Program-made: the position numbers and the translations under genes
Assembly (NCBI GenBank): GCA_041494945.1
Contig: JBGQBP010000001.1
Coordinates: 1-57,759 of the forward strand
Reading direction: 5' to 3'
DNA length: 57,759 nt
Source: Candidatus Binatia bacterium
GTDB taxonomy: Bacteria; Desulfobacterota; Binatia; UBA9968
Part shown: piece by piece, positions 28,462 through 38,382 of the stretch
Position numbering within the stretch: position 1 is the first letter of the stretch
How the letters are laid out: each line of letters opens with the position of its first letter
Notes under the pieces: generated by a model
Databases searched by the model: none
Told to the model about the DNA's origin: nothing
Seen by the model: only the letters and a program-made list of their open reading frames with translations

Positions 28462-29166
28462 GTGACGAATACTCTCCACCGTTACAGCGAACACTACGCC
28501 TCCGAGCCCGAGCCGAACCCGGAGCCCGTGCGCGACGATTACATCATCTTCGCGATGGCGAGCCGAGGCGTAAACGACGATGATTTGGTGGCGAAGTACC
28601 GAACCTTCCTCCGTCTGGCGCTCAAGCACAAGCCGGTGAATATCGGAGATGCGACCAAGGGAGGAATGCTGCGGCCGCGCCAGGACATGAACCCGACGGC
28701 GCATTGGAAAAGAGATCATCAGGCCGATCCCGAACAGGTGATCGCGGGGATCGAGGGCCATACGACCGTCGCCGCCGTCTTCGACAATTACGACGCGATG
28801 AAAGCATTCGTGGAAGAATTGAAAGCCGCCGACCTCGGAGTCTCCGTCAATATCAGCGCGCCGATGGAAGAGGCCGAGCGCTGCTGCCGAGAGACTGGCA
28901 TCATTCGCCATAGTGTGGAATACTCTCTCGGCTTTCGTGGACGGACGGAGAAACTGCCCGATGCGACGACGCTGGAGCTTTCGACGATGTGCGGCCACGG
29001 AATGCTCTCGGCTAATTTCACGAGGAAGATGGTGGATTGGGTGAAGGAGAACCGTCGAACGCCCGAGGAAGCGGCCCGGTATATGGCGCGATTCTGCACG
29101 TGCGGCGTCTTCAATATTTCTCGCGCGGAGCGGATCATAAGGCAGGCTTGCAACGCGCGGCGATAA
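28462..29166 (+). CDS. conserved-looking hypothetical protein (234 aa, GTG start)
   Basis: Coding-like ORF 10 nt after the ferredoxin gene. Cys-containing motifs CCRETG, STMCGHGM and FCTCGVFN. No family recognised. Confidence 0.5.
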   Translation: MTNTLHRYSEHYASEPEPNPEPVRDDYIIFAMASRGVNDDDLVAKYRTFLRLALKHKPVNIGDATKGGMLRPRQDMNPTAHWKRDHQADPEQVIAGIEGHTTVAAVFDNYDAMKAFVEELKAADLGVSVNISAPMEEAERCCRETGIIRHSVEYSLGFRGRTEKLPDATTLELSTMCGHGMLSANFTRKMVDWVKENRRTPEEAARYMARFCTCGVFNISRAERIIRQACNARR

Positions 29167-29193
29167 GACAGCCGTGCCGCAGGAAGATTGGAA

Positions 29194-30171
29194 ATGAAAA
29201 AGTTGATGGTCGGGTTCGCTCTTCTCGCTTTTGCGCTGGCGCCGCTTGCGGCTTTGGCGCAGCAACCGGTCACCATCCGTCTGGGCCACGTCGGCTTCCC
29301 AGGCTCGCTCTTCGCGATCGTCACGGACGAGTTCGCCAAGCGAGCCAACGCGGAGCTGAAAGGCAAGGTGGATGTCAAAGTTTTTCACTCGAGCCAGCTC
29401 GGCAGCGACGAGCAGATGATGCGCGGCGTAAAAATCGGCGCGCCGGAGATGTTCCAGCCGTCCACCGTGATGAGCACGGCCGATGAGAAGTTCGGCGTCT
29501 TCGAGATGCCCTATCTCATCGTCAGCCGCGCCCACATGAAAAAAGTGGCGGAGAACAAACAAGTGCAGGCGCAGCTCTTTGGCGGCCTGCCGGCCAAAGG
29601 GATGAGAATTCTCGGCGTCTGGGAGAACGGCTTTCGCCACCTCACGAACAACGTTCGCCCTATCGTCAAACCAGACGATCTTAAAGGCATCAAGTTGAGA
29701 GTGCCCGGCGGAGTGTGGCGCGTCAAGATGTTCAAAGCGTACGGCGGCAATCCGTCGCCGATGCCGCTGGCCGAAGTCTACTCGGCGCTGCAATCCGGCG
29801 TGATGGACGGCCAGGAAAACCCCTTTCCCCAGATCGCTTCGGCCAAGTTTCAGGAGGTGCAAAAATTTCTTTCCCTTTCGGGTCACGTCTACACGCCGGC
29901 CTACCTGGTCGTGGGCGAAGACGTTTGGAAAAGGCTTCAGCCCGACGTTCAAACGGCGCTCTCCAAGATCGCCTGGGACATGGGAGACTTCGCCCGCTCC
30001 GAAGGCGAGCGCCTCGATAAAGAGCTGATGGGAAAGCTCGTTCCGCCGATGAAGGCCAACGAAGTCGATAAAGACGCTTTCATCAAGGCGTCGGCGTCCG
30101 TTTACGAAGAATTCGGCAAAGAAGTGCCCGGCGGAACGGAACTGGTGAAACTTATCCAATCGCTCCGCTGA
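29194..30171 (+). CDS. dctP: TRAP transporter substrate-binding protein
   Basis: Signal peptide, then IRLGHVGFPGSLF...HSSQLGSDEQM...FRHLTNN..PI, typical of the DctP family. Confidence 0.85.
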   Translation: MKKLMVGFALLAFALAPLAALAQQPVTIRLGHVGFPGSLFAIVTDEFAKRANAELKGKVDVKVFHSSQLGSDEQMMRGVKIGAPEMFQPSTVMSTADEKFGVFEMPYLIVSRAHMKKVAENKQVQAQLFGGLPAKGMRILGVWENGFRHLTNNVRPIVKPDDLKGIKLRVPGGVWRVKMFKAYGGNPSPMPLAEVYSALQSGVMDGQENPFPQIASAKFQEVQKFLSLSGHVYTPAYLVVGEDVWKRLQPDVQTALSKIAWDMGDFARSEGERLDKELMGKLVPPMKANEVDKDAFIKASASVYEEFGKEVPGGTELVKLIQSLR

Positions 30172-30188
30172 ACAGGCAACAGGCTTCC

Positions 30189-30216
30189 CGCCTAACGCCT
30201 ATCGCCTATCGCCTTT
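30189..30216. repeat. heptamer repeat CGCCTAA CGCCTAT CGCCTAT CGCCTTT abutting the dctQ ATG
   Basis: Four 7-nt units read directly, ending 1 nt before the start codon at 30217. Confidence 0.8.
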
Positions 30217-30732
30217 ATGGAACGACTCTTTCGCAAGTTCATCGACCTGATGGAATGGTGGGCCGTTCTGCTGCTCGTCCTGATGGTCGCGGTCGTTTGT
30301 CTCGGCGTTTTTTTTCGTTACGTCCTCAATGCCTCGTTGGTCTGGTACGACGAATTCGCGTCTTACCTTCTCGTGTGGCTGACATTTTACGGCTGCGTTG
30401 TGGCCTCATACCGAAAGCGTCACATCGGCTTCGACGTCGTTCTGAGCCGGTTTCAGCCGAAGACTCGGAGAATCTTCGATTTCGTTAGCGAGTGTTTCGT
30501 CCTCAGCTTCCAGATCGTTCTTTTCGGTTACGGCTGGCTGCTGGTGCACAAGATGGGAGACGAGATCGCCATCTCTCTTCCATGGGTCAAGATGGCCTGG
30601 GTCTACAGCGTGCTGCCGATTACCGGCGGGTTGATGCTTCTCATCAGCCTGATGCGGCTCGCGGAGATCGCGTTCTCCGTGGAACGCGGGAGAGGAGATG
30701 AAGCGGCGTGGAGTGGCTCATCCTCGGAATAG
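30217..30732 (+). CDS. dctQ: TRAP transporter small permease
   Basis: 171 aa with 4 TM segments, between dctP and dctM. Confidence 0.8.
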   Translation: MERLFRKFIDLMEWWAVLLLVLMVAVVCLGVFFRYVLNASLVWYDEFASYLLVWLTFYGCVVASYRKRHIGFDVVLSRFQPKTRRIFDFVSECFVLSFQIVLFGYGWLLVHKMGDEIAISLPWVKMAWVYSVLPITGGLMLLISLMRLAEIAFSVERGRGDEAAWSGSSSE

Positions 30733-31985
30733 TCATCGTCCTTACGATCATCAACGTTCCCATCGGCTTCGCTCTTTCCATTTCCGCGATCATTCTTCTT
30801 CTGTGGAAGGGCACGGCGCCGCTCAGCATCGTTCCGCTGAATCTTTTTTCCGGCGCTTCGAGCTTTCCTCTGCTCGCCATTCCGCTCTTCATTCTCGCCG
30901 GCGGACTGATGGAAACTTCGGGCATCTCGCTCCGGCTCGTCAACATGGCCAACAGCTTTGTCGGCTTCATTCGCGGCGGACTGGCAATGGTCACCATCGT
31001 GGCAACGATGATTCAAAGCGAGATCTCCGGCTCGTCGGTGGCCGACGCGGCGGCGATCGGGAACGTGGTCATTCCCGCCATGGAGAAACGCGGCTATCCG
31101 CGCGCGCTCAGCGCGGCGATCGTTTCCAACGCAGCCTCGGCGGCAATCTTGATCCCGCCTTCGATCCCGATGATCATCTATGCGTGGATGGCGGAAACTT
31201 CGGTGGCCAAACTCTTCCTCGCCGGATTTCTTCCCGGCTTTATCGCCTGCGGCGCGATGATGGCTGTGAGTTACTATTATGCCCGCAAGTACAACCTGCC
31301 GGTAGAGACGAGCTTTTCTCTCCAAAAGGTCGGTAAATCGACGCTGGAGGCCTTTTGGGCGCTCATGATCCCGATCGTCATTTGGGGCGGGATTTTTCTC
31401 GGCATCGCCACCGCCACCGAAGTCGCGGCTCTCGCCGTGCTGGCGGCGTTTATTATCGGCGTTTTTATTTACCGGGAGCTGCCGACGAAGGAAACCATTC
31501 GCGTCCTCAAGGACTCGGCAGGGCAAACCGCTGTGGTGATGCTGATCGTCGCGTCCTCGGCGGTGCTCGGCTGGTATCTGACCAGTGAGCAGATTCCGCA
31601 GAAATTCGCGCGCATGATCCTGGAGACGACTTCGAATAAATATTTGATTCTCTTTTTCTTGAACATCTTTTTCTTCATTGCCGGCATGTTCCTCCACTCC
31701 GCCGCGGCGATCATTCTCATCGTCCCCATCGTCATGCCGCTCATTCGCCAGATCGGCGTCGATCCGATCCACTTCGGCATTATCGTCACGATCAATCTGG
31801 GCGTCGGGCAGCAGACGCCGCCGGTAGCTACAGTGTTATTCACCGTCGCTACCATCGCGCGCCTCCCCTTCTGGGAAGTCTTCAAATCCGGTTGGCCCTT
31901 CACGGTCGTGCTGGCATTGGTCACTTTGTTGGTGACCTACGTTCCTTGGATCAGCCTGGGCTTGGTGAATATGATCAAGTGGTAG
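30708..31985 (+). CDS. dctM: TRAP transporter large permease
   Basis: 425 aa, polytopic. GTG start after AGAGGAG. It overlaps the dctQ end by 25 nt. Confidence 0.85.
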   Translation: MEWLILGIVIVLTIINVPIGFALSISAIILLLWKGTAPLSIVPLNLFSGASSFPLLAIPLFILAGGLMETSGISLRLVNMANSFVGFIRGGLAMVTIVATMIQSEISGSSVADAAAIGNVVIPAMEKRGYPRALSAAIVSNAASAAILIPPSIPMIIYAWMAETSVAKLFLAGFLPGFIACGAMMAVSYYYARKYNLPVETSFSLQKVGKSTLEAFWALMIPIVIWGGIFLGIATATEVAALAVLAAFIIGVFIYRELPTKETIRVLKDSAGQTAVVMLIVASSAVLGWYLTSEQIPQKFARMILETTSNKYLILFFLNIFFFIAGMFLHSAAAIILIVPIVMPLIRQIGVDPIHFGIIVTINLGVGQQTPPVATVLFTVATIARLPFWEVFKSGWPFTVVLALVTLLVTYVPWISLGLVNMIKW

Positions 31986-32043
31986 ACGATTGACAACAAC
32001 GATGTGCCTGAGTAGCATCCTTCCAGCAAAGGAGAGACCGCCG

Positions 32044-33051
32044 ATGAAACTTCACAAACTTGCAATCGTTTTCATCTGTTTCACCGTTTTTGCCGCGGTT
32101 TCTTCGCCGGTTTCCGCCCAACTGCCACGGGTCCACGTGGGGTACAGCGCGATCAGCGGCGATCAATTGCCCCTTTGGATCGGGAAGGAGACGGGAATTT
32201 TCGAGAAAAACGGCCTTGACGTGCAGACCATTTTCTTCACCGGCGGAAGCACGGCGATCCTGGCCCTGGTCTCGGGCGACGTTCCGATTACGCAGGTTTC
32301 CGGTCCGGGCCTCGTCAGCAGCGGGCTGGCCGGCTCGGAGGCGGTCTTCGTCGCCGGCGGCATGACCTCGTTGAATTACGTGCTGATGGGAAAGCCGGGT
32401 ATCAGCTCCGCCGAACAGCTAAAAGGCGGCACTGTGGCGATCAGCCGTTTCGGCTCGGCTACGGATACGATCGCCAGATTCGCGCTCAAAAAAATCGGCC
32501 TGACGCCGGGAAAAGATGTCACGATCGTGCAAGTCGGCAGTGGGCCGGACCGCTTCGCCGCCGCTCTAACCGGTAGGGTGACCGCGGCCGTGATCAATCC
32601 GCCTTCGAGCTTTCAGGCCGAAAAAAGGGGCATGGTCGTGATCGCCGACGTTGCGAAGTTGGGTCTCGCTTTTCAGCACACCGCGCCCGCCACGACGAAA
32701 AAGTATATCAAAGAACATCAAGACATCGTTCGCCGATACGTCAAAGGTCACGTGGAAGCGGTGCACCGGATGTGGACCGACAAAGAAACCACGATCAAAG
32801 TCCTGGGAAAGTACATGGGGGGAGGAGTCGATCGGGAGTTTTTAGAAAAAACCCGCGAGAACGTCCTGACCGAAGCGCTATATCCCAAAAAACAGATGCC
32901 GACGATGGAAGGACTCAAATTCGTCATCGACGACTTGAGTGAAAGGGACCCGAGAGCCAAAACCGCCAAGCCGGAGCAATTCGTGGACCTGACGTTTATC
33001 AAGGAACTCGATCAGAGCGGTTTTATCGACGGACTGTACAAGAAAAAATAA
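32044..33051 (+). CDS. NMT1-like ABC substrate-binding protein; orphan
   Basis: ATG at 32044 after AAGGAGAG within ORF 31990..33051. Signal peptide. Paralogue of 10613..11614. Confidence 0.75.
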   Translation: MKLHKLAIVFICFTVFAAVSSPVSAQLPRVHVGYSAISGDQLPLWIGKETGIFEKNGLDVQTIFFTGGSTAILALVSGDVPITQVSGPGLVSSGLAGSEAVFVAGGMTSLNYVLMGKPGISSAEQLKGGTVAISRFGSATDTIARFALKKIGLTPGKDVTIVQVGSGPDRFAAALTGRVTAAVINPPSSFQAEKRGMVVIADVAKLGLAFQHTAPATTKKYIKEHQDIVRRYVKGHVEAVHRMWTDKETTIKVLGKYMGGGVDREFLEKTRENVLTEALYPKKQMPTMEGLKFVIDDLSERDPRAKTAKPEQFVDLTFIKELDQSGFIDGLYKKK

Positions 33052-33086
33052 TCGGGCGTTTCATTGCTCGCGGGAACAAAAACATC

Positions 33087-33566
33087 TTGGATCAGGCAAC
33101 CTCACTGACTCTCGTCGAAACCGCCCTGCGCGTCGCCCTGGGCCTCCGCATTCTCCATAGCGGCCTGAACAACGTCCGCAGATGGCCCAACGCGGCGCGC
33201 AACGCCGAGATCGTCTTTCCTTTCGGCGCGCCGGTGTTTGGCTTCATCGCCGTATTTTTCATGGTTGCAGGCGGATTGGGTCTGGCTCTCGGGTTGGGGA
33301 CGCGCCTCGCCGCGCTGATGATCGCTTTGTTTCTAATTCCAACCTTGAAAATCCAGCGTCATTGGCTGCGCGCGCTACCGCCCATCATGGAGGACGTAAT
33401 CCGCGCGGGGCAGAAAGCGTCCAAGAGCAAACTCCAACTTTTAGCCAAACAGGCGTTCCATTCCCATGAGACCGGATGGCAAAACAACCTTTTGTTGTTG
33501 ATCCTCGCTTTGTTTTTCGTCCTTCGCGGTTCGCCCGCTTTCGGCATCGATAATCTTCTCGGATAG
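33087..33566 (+). CDS. DoxX family membrane protein (TTG start)
   Basis: 159 aa with 4 TM segments. LRILHSGLNNV...FMVAGGLGLALGLGTRLAALMIALFL is DoxX-like. Confidence 0.55.
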   Translation: MDQATSLTLVETALRVALGLRILHSGLNNVRRWPNAARNAEIVFPFGAPVFGFIAVFFMVAGGLGLALGLGTRLAALMIALFLIPTLKIQRHWLRALPPIMEDVIRAGQKASKSKLQLLAKQAFHSHETGWQNNLLLLILALFFVLRGSPAFGIDNLLG

Positions 33567-33729
33567 CGCCCTCTATCTCTCGTCGGTTTCGCTATTTTTT
33601 TTCTTGGAGACGCAATTCGATTCTCACGATCGGGTCGTCTTGCATGGAAAAGTTCCCGGCGCGCCTTAAAAGCTAGTTGGGAAGGCATTGTAGACGAAGA
33701 GACTGGACGAGAAAAGGGAGGTTTCGCGA

Positions 33730-33768
33730 ATCGACATAAAAGAAGAGCGCCCCGGAGGGGCGCTCTTC
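33730..33768 (-). terminator. hairpin terminator downstream of the repeat-protein gene
   Basis: GAAGAGCGCCCC-GGA-GGGGCGCTCTTC hairpin. On the minus strand it is followed by TTTTAT. Confidence 0.55.
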
Positions 33769-33805
33769 TCTCTCTTCAAATTTGCCAAGCTTCGAGACGC
33801 GAGAC

Positions 33806-34885
33806 TTATAGGATCGACAGAGCCGAGGGCGCCGTAGGCGGCGGAACGGTAAACGTCGCCGTCACCGACTTGGCCGCACTCATGGTCACTATGCAAGAAC
33901 CCGTGCACGCGCCGCTCCAGCCCGCAAAAGTAGATCCGGCTGCCGCTGTGGCCGTCAGTGTCACCGACGTGCCGCTGTTATAGCTTGCAGAGCACGTAGC
34001 GCCGCAGTTGATACCGGCAGGAGAGCTTGTGACCGTGCCCGTGCCTGCGCCCGCCTTCGTCAAAGTAAGAGTAAAGGTCTGTAGCGTAAAGGTCGCCGTG
34101 ACCGATTGGGCCGCGCTCATCGTCACCGTACAAGTGCCTGTGCCCGTGCATGCGCCGCTCCAGCCCGCAAAAGTAGATCCGGCTGCCGCTGTGGCCGTCA
34201 GCGTCACCGACGTGCCGCTGTTATAGGTCGCCGAACACGTAGCGCCGCAGTTGATTCCCGCGGGTGCGCTCGTGACCGTGCCCGTGCCTGCGCCCGCCTT
34301 TGTCAAAGTGAGAGCAAAGGTCTGTAGCGTAAAGGTCGCCGTGACCGATTGGGCCGCGCTCATCGTCACCGTACAAGCGCCTGTTCCGGTGCATGCTCCA
34401 CTCCAGCCGGTGAACGTGGAACCGGCAGCCGCCGTGGCCGTCAGCGTCACAGACGCGCCGCTCGTAAAACTGAACGAGCAAGTCGCGCCGCAGGTGATAC
34501 CGGCGGGTAAGCTGGTAACCGTGCCGCTTCCTGTACCCGCTTTAGCGAGCGTCATTGTGGCCGTAGTCGTTCCGCAGGCCGCATTGGTGTACGCCGAGTC
34601 CCCGGCCGTATTATAGGCCCGCACCTGATAGCAAAAAGTGGTCGCGTCCGCCAGTCCTGAATCGGTGTAGGAGGTGACATTCGACAGCACCGTACCGATC
34701 TGCGTAAAAGGTCCCACGCTCGCAGGCCCACGCTCGATTTTGAAACCATCCTCATTGGTGGAATTATCCACCCAGCTCAATTGGAGTTGAGCCGCATTCA
34801 GCTCCGCTTGCGAAAATATCGTCAGAGCAATCGACAAGCAGAACAGAAAAGCCCGTTTACGCACGGTCGTTAAGATATTCATCAT
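33806..34885 (-). CDS. secreted protein with an FN3-like domain plus three divergent InlB B-repeat (Listeria-Bacteroides type) domains
   Basis: Signal peptide. FN3-like LSWVDNSTNEDGFKIER...CYQVRAYN. Then a unit of about 81 aa occurs three times: KAGAGTGTVTS.PAGI.CGATCS....GTSVTLTATAAAGSTFAGWSGACTG...C.VTMSAA.SVTATF. Confidence 0.7.
   Translation of the reverse strand: MMNILTTVRKRAFLFCLSIALTIFSQAELNAAQLQLSWVDNSTNEDGFKIERGPASVGPFTQIGTVLSNVTSYTDSGLADATTFCYQVRAYNTAGDSAYTNAACGTTTATMTLAKAGTGSGTVTSLPAGITCGATCSFSFTSGASVTLTATAAAGSTFTGWSGACTGTGACTVTMSAAQSVTATFTLQTFALTLTKAGAGTGTVTSAPAGINCGATCSATYNSGTSVTLTATAAAGSTFAGWSGACTGTGTCTVTMSAAQSVTATFTLQTFTLTLTKAGAGTGTVTSSPAGINCGATCSASYNSGTSVTLTATAAAGSTFAGWSGACTGSCIVTMSAAKSVTATFTVPPPTAPSALSIL
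33850..34561. repeat. 243-bp tandem coding repeat (3 copies)
   Basis: For example, the 54-nt string gtagcgtaaaggtcgccgtgaccgattgggccgcgctcatcgtcaccgtacaag occurs at 34081 and 34324, an offset of 243. Confidence 0.9.
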
Positions 34886-35314
34886 GTCTCCTTATGTCTC
34901 CTTCGGCGGCACCAACTTGACCGAGATCGAAGCAGTACCCTATAAGAGAGGAAGAACCACTCCCACTGCGTCAAGACCTAGTGCCGCCAGCTTTAAGGTC
35001 TTGGTTAATTGCTGCCGTTCTTCTGATTTACAAGTGGTCTTCAGAGCAACCACTATGCCAGGCGGTACAAATGCAAAATGTCCGCTCAATCTCTCACTAA
35101 AACGCAATGACCCCACGAGGTTCTAAATAACAATATTTGGCTTGAAGGCGCCTGAAACAGAAAATCTACCCTTTGTCGGTAAGAACTAGGCTTAGTTTTT
35201 CAGGTAATCCTGTCACCTGATGAAACCATTTTGGCTTGATTGTCGTCCGATGACGGAGCGAAACGGCTATATAACTCGATTTCTTTTTGCAGAAAGGCTG
35301 GTCGGATAGGTAGT

Positions 35315-35563
35315 ATGGTAACGGACAAAAAGGCCGAAGCAGCTACAGAGGAGATCGAGCGTTGGGCCGGCAGGGTGATCCGATCAGTGGAACCCGCGGT
35401 CGGGGTGTCCGTTTATTATGACCCCGACTCTAGCACCTATGTGATGCGCCTAGCTCGAAGCAGTCGGGTGCTGCTGTTCCGCTTTTCCGAAGCGCAGATA
35501 AGAACGCCGGGACGGGAAAAGGAGTGCGAAGAGCTTTTGAGAAAAAAAATACGCGAGTTGTGA
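35315..35563 (+). CDS. hypothetical protein (82 aa from the ATG at 35315; the track gives TTG 35240)
   Basis: ORF only; no motif recognised. Confidence 0.3.
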   Translation: MVTDKKAEAATEEIERWAGRVIRSVEPAVGVSVYYDPDSSTYVMRLARSSRVLLFRFSEAQIRTPGREKECEELLRKKIREL

Positions 35564-35614
35564 CGCTAAAGACCTCGGTCCACGGCTCTATACGAATCGA
35601 TACGGCGCGAGTCA

Positions 35615-36592
35615 TTATCTCCCGTGTAGCTCACGGGCAATGTCCTTGGCAAAGTAGGTGAGAATCATATCGGCGCCGGCGCGCTTGATCGACAGCATCA
35701 GCTCCAGCACGATCCTCCGCTCCTCGATCCAGCCGTTTTTCGCCGCGGCTTTGATCATGGAATATTCGCCGCTGACGTTATAGGCCGCCACCGGGTAGCC
35801 GAATTTCTGCTTCACACGATAGACGATATCGAGATAAGTCATGGCCGGCTTGACCATGATGATGTCGGCGCCTTCGTGGATGTCCAGCTCGACTTCCCGG
35901 AGCGCTTCGTCGGCATTGGCCGGGTCCATCTGATACGAGCGGCGATCGCCGAACTGCGGAGTCGATTCCGCGGCATCGCGAAACGGCGCGTAGAACCCCG
36001 AGGCGTACTTTGCCGCGTAGGCCATGATGGCGATCTGCTCGAAGCCGTTTTGATCCAACGCCTTTCGGATCGCTCCGACTCTTCCGTCCATCATATCCGA
36101 CGGCGCCACGATATCGGCGCCCGCCTGCGCATGCGAGAGCGCTTCTTTGACAAGCAGTTCGAGCGTGCGGTCGTTATCCACGTCGCCGTCCTTGATGACC
36201 CCGCAGTGGCCGTGGTCGGTATACTCGCACAGACAGACATCGGTGATCACCAAAAGCTCCGGTGCCCGCTCCTTGATCGCGCGAATCGCCTTCTGCACCA
36301 CGCCGCCGTCGACGTAGGCCTCCGAGCCGACGCTGTCCTTGCGCTCCGGAATGCCGAAGAGGATCACAGCCGGGATTCCCAGGGCATTTACCTCTTCGCA
36401 CTCTTTGACCGCGCGATCGATGGAGAGTTGGGCCACGCCCGGCATGGAAGCCACCGGCTGCGCGCTGTCTTTGCCGGGACCGACGAATAGAGGATAGATG
36501 AGGTGATCGGCACTGAGAGCGGTCTCCCGCACAAGCGAGCGCAGCCGCTCGTTCCTTCTCAGCCTTCTCGGGCGATAGCTAGGAAATTCCAT
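35615..36592 (-). CDS. hemB: porphobilinogen synthase (delta-aminolevulinate dehydratase)
   Basis: ATG at 36592 within ORF 35615..36886. [24 protein letters not shown]...LIYPLFV, and the active-site region [14 protein letters not shown]. Confidence 0.9.
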   Translation of the reverse strand: MEFPSYRPRRLRRNERLRSLVRETALSADHLIYPLFVGPGKDSAQPVASMPGVAQLSIDRAVKECEEVNALGIPAVILFGIPERKDSVGSEAYVDGGVVQKAIRAIKERAPELLVITDVCLCEYTDHGHCGVIKDGDVDNDRTLELLVKEALSHAQAGADIVAPSDMMDGRVGAIRKALDQNGFEQIAIMAYAAKYASGFYAPFRDAAESTPQFGDRRSYQMDPANADEALREVELDIHEGADIIMVKPAMTYLDIVYRVKQKFGYPVAAYNVSGEYSMIKAAAKNGWIEERRIVLELMLSIKRAGADMILTYFAKDIARELHGR

Positions 36593-36618
36593 GAAACCTC
36601 CGGGCATCCATCGACCTT

Positions 36619-37443
36619 TTATCCTTTGCCTTTTGCCTTCTCGAAGTAATCCACAATCGCCTGCGTCAATCCCGCGACGGTATAGTCTCGCGATACGACG
36701 TCCACGCGAATCCCCATCTCCTCGGCCGTGGCCTGCGTGATCGGACCGATGCACGCGACCGCGGTGGCCGTGAGAAGCTGTCTCAGGTTCTTGGCTTCGA
36801 GGAGCGCAACGAAGTTTTTTACCGTGCTCGAGCTGGTGAACGTGACCACGTCGGCTTTTCCGGCCAGCAGCAGCGCGCGCATCCACCCCGGGTCGTTTGT
36901 CGGAGCAACCGTTCGATAAGCTTCAACGACATCCACCGCGGCGCTCCATTGCCTGAGCGTTTGTGCCAGCACATCGCGCGCTTCAGCCGCGCGCGGGATG
37001 AGCACTTTACGGCCGCGCATCTCCTCCGGGCGAAGCATTGCGAGAATCGCCTCCGCCCGAAATTCCTCCGGCACGACGTGCGGCGCTACGCCGAGAGAGT
37101 CTAGGGCCTTTGCAGTCTCCGGACCGATGGCGGCCACGCGCATCTTCCCGAGCGCGCTCGGATCTTTTTTGCAAACGGCTAAACGACTTGCGAAGCAGCC
37201 CACGCCGTTGACGCTGGTGAAAATGATCCAATCGTACTCTGCGATCTTGTTTATTGCGCCGTCCAAGGCTTCGTAGCTCTCGGGCGGAACGATCTCGATC
37301 GTGGGGAACTCGATCGCCTCGGCGCCGAGACTTTCCAGCGCCTCGACAAAAGGTTTCGCCTGCGAGCGCGCGCGCGTGACGACGATGCGCCGGCCGGCGA
37401 GCGGCCTGCCGTCCTCGGACGCTTTGACGTTAGCTCGCGTCAT
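36619..37443 (-). CDS. hemD: uroporphyrinogen-III synthase
   Basis: The HemD position between hemC and hem[15 protein letters not shown]...[10 protein letters not shown]. Start 37443 or 37467, overlapping the hemC end. Confidence 0.8.
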   Translation of the reverse strand: MTRANVKASEDGRPLAGRRIVVTRARSQAKPFVEALESLGAEAIEFPTIEIVPPESYEALDGAINKIAEYDWIIFTSVNGVGCFASRLAVCKKDPSALGKMRVAAIGPETAKALDSLGVAPHVVPEEFRAEAILAMLRPEEMRGRKVLIPRAAEARDVLAQTLRQWSAAVDVVEAYRTVAPTNDPGWMRALLLAGKADVVTFTSSSTVKNFVALLEAKNLRQLLTATAVACIGPITQATAEEMGIRVDVVSRDYTVAGLTQAIVDYFEKAKGKG

Positions 37444-38368
37444 GCGCCGAATCCCCGTTCTCGACATTTAAAACATTGTCCGCGCCCAGACTCAACAAGC
37501 GATCGGCTAGCGCGGTCCCTAAGGACTCAGCCTCTTCCGCACGACCTTCCGATTCTTCTCTGAAGACCTTGCGGCCATTGGGCTCGGCGATCACCGCCGC
37601 GAGCCTCAGCCCGTCGCGCGCGGCCCACGCTCGCGCTCCTACCGGAAGCTGGCACCCTCCTCCCAATCGCGCCAGAAACGCCCTTTCCGCCCGAACCTCC
37701 AGCGTCGTCGGCGCGTGACGCAAAAACGCGAGCAATCCGCCGGCGGCATCATCTTCCCGAGTTTGCAACCCGAGCGCTCCTTGAGCCACTGCGCCCAGGC
37801 AGATCTCTTCCGCCAAATATTCCGTGATGCGCTTTTCCAAACCCAGCCGTTTCAGTCCTGCGGCCGCCATCACCAATCCGTCGACTTCCCCGGCGTCCAT
37901 CTTTCTCAGCCGCGTGTCCACGTTGCCGCGGATCGGCACGACCGACAAATCCGAACGGCAATGGAGAATCTGCGCTTGGCGGCGCAGACTGCCGGTGCCG
38001 ATCTTTGCCCCCGTCCGCAGATTCTTCAGCCGGCGATCGGCCACACTGACCAGCACGTCGCGCGCGTCTTCCCGCTCGGGAATCGCCGCAATCTCGAGCC
38101 CCGCCGTCATCTCGGTCGGCAGATCCTTCATCGAGTGGACCGCGAGATCGATTTCCTTTCGCAGCAGCGCCTCCTCGATCTCTTTCACGAAGATTCCCTT
38201 GCCGGCGATCGCTTTCATCGGCGCGTTGAGAAACCTGTCGCCGCTGGTCTTGATCGTAACGATTGCAACACGCAGTTCGGGATAACGCTCTTCCAATTTG
38301 CGCTTCACCCAATTCGTCTGGGCCAAGGCCAGCGCGCTCCCCCGTGTGCCAATGCGGATGGCGTTCAT
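37430..38368 (-). CDS. hemC: hydroxymethylbilane synthase (porphobilinogen deaminase)
   Basis: IRIGTRGSALALAQTNWV...IKTSGD...AVHSMKDLP...GSLRRQAQ...RGNVDTRL. Confidence 0.92.
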   Translation of the reverse strand: MNAIRIGTRGSALALAQTNWVKRKLEERYPELRVAIVTIKTSGDRFLNAPMKAIAGKGIFVKEIEEALLRKEIDLAVHSMKDLPTEMTAGLEIAAIPEREDARDVLVSVADRRLKNLRTGAKIGTGSLRRQAQILHCRSDLSVVPIRGNVDTRLRKMDAGEVDGLVMAAAGLKRLGLEKRITEYLAEEICLGAVAQGALGLQTREDDAAGGLLAFLRHAPTTLEVRAERAFLARLGGGCQLPVGARAWAARDGLRLAAVIAEPNGRKVFREESEGRAEEAESLGTALADRLLSLGADNVLNVENGDSAHDAS

Positions 38369-38382
38369 GGCTCACCCATCAA

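Noticed and set aside
28438-30159. 573-aa minus-strand ORF spanning the hypothetical gene and dctP
   Set aside because: It is antisense to two well-supported plus-strand genes. The product is R/H/G-rich and low in complexity, with no motifs. This is a typical shadow ORF of GC-rich coding sequence.
33850-34561. Possible CRISPR array, given regular repeats of about 243 bp. The heptamer tracts at 23699, 30189 and 38383 were also considered
   Set aside because: The 243-bp units are in-frame protein-domain repeats with no unique spacers. The heptamer tracts are contiguous 7-nt units, far too short and lacking spacers. No cas genes are present.
36593-36886. N-terminal extension of the hemB ORF. 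Similarly 1093..1452 upstream of trmL and 3139..3216 upstream of the ABC ATPase
   Set aside because: The extensions overlap the preceding genes, are R-rich and lie upstream of canonical family N-termini, so internal starts were chosen.
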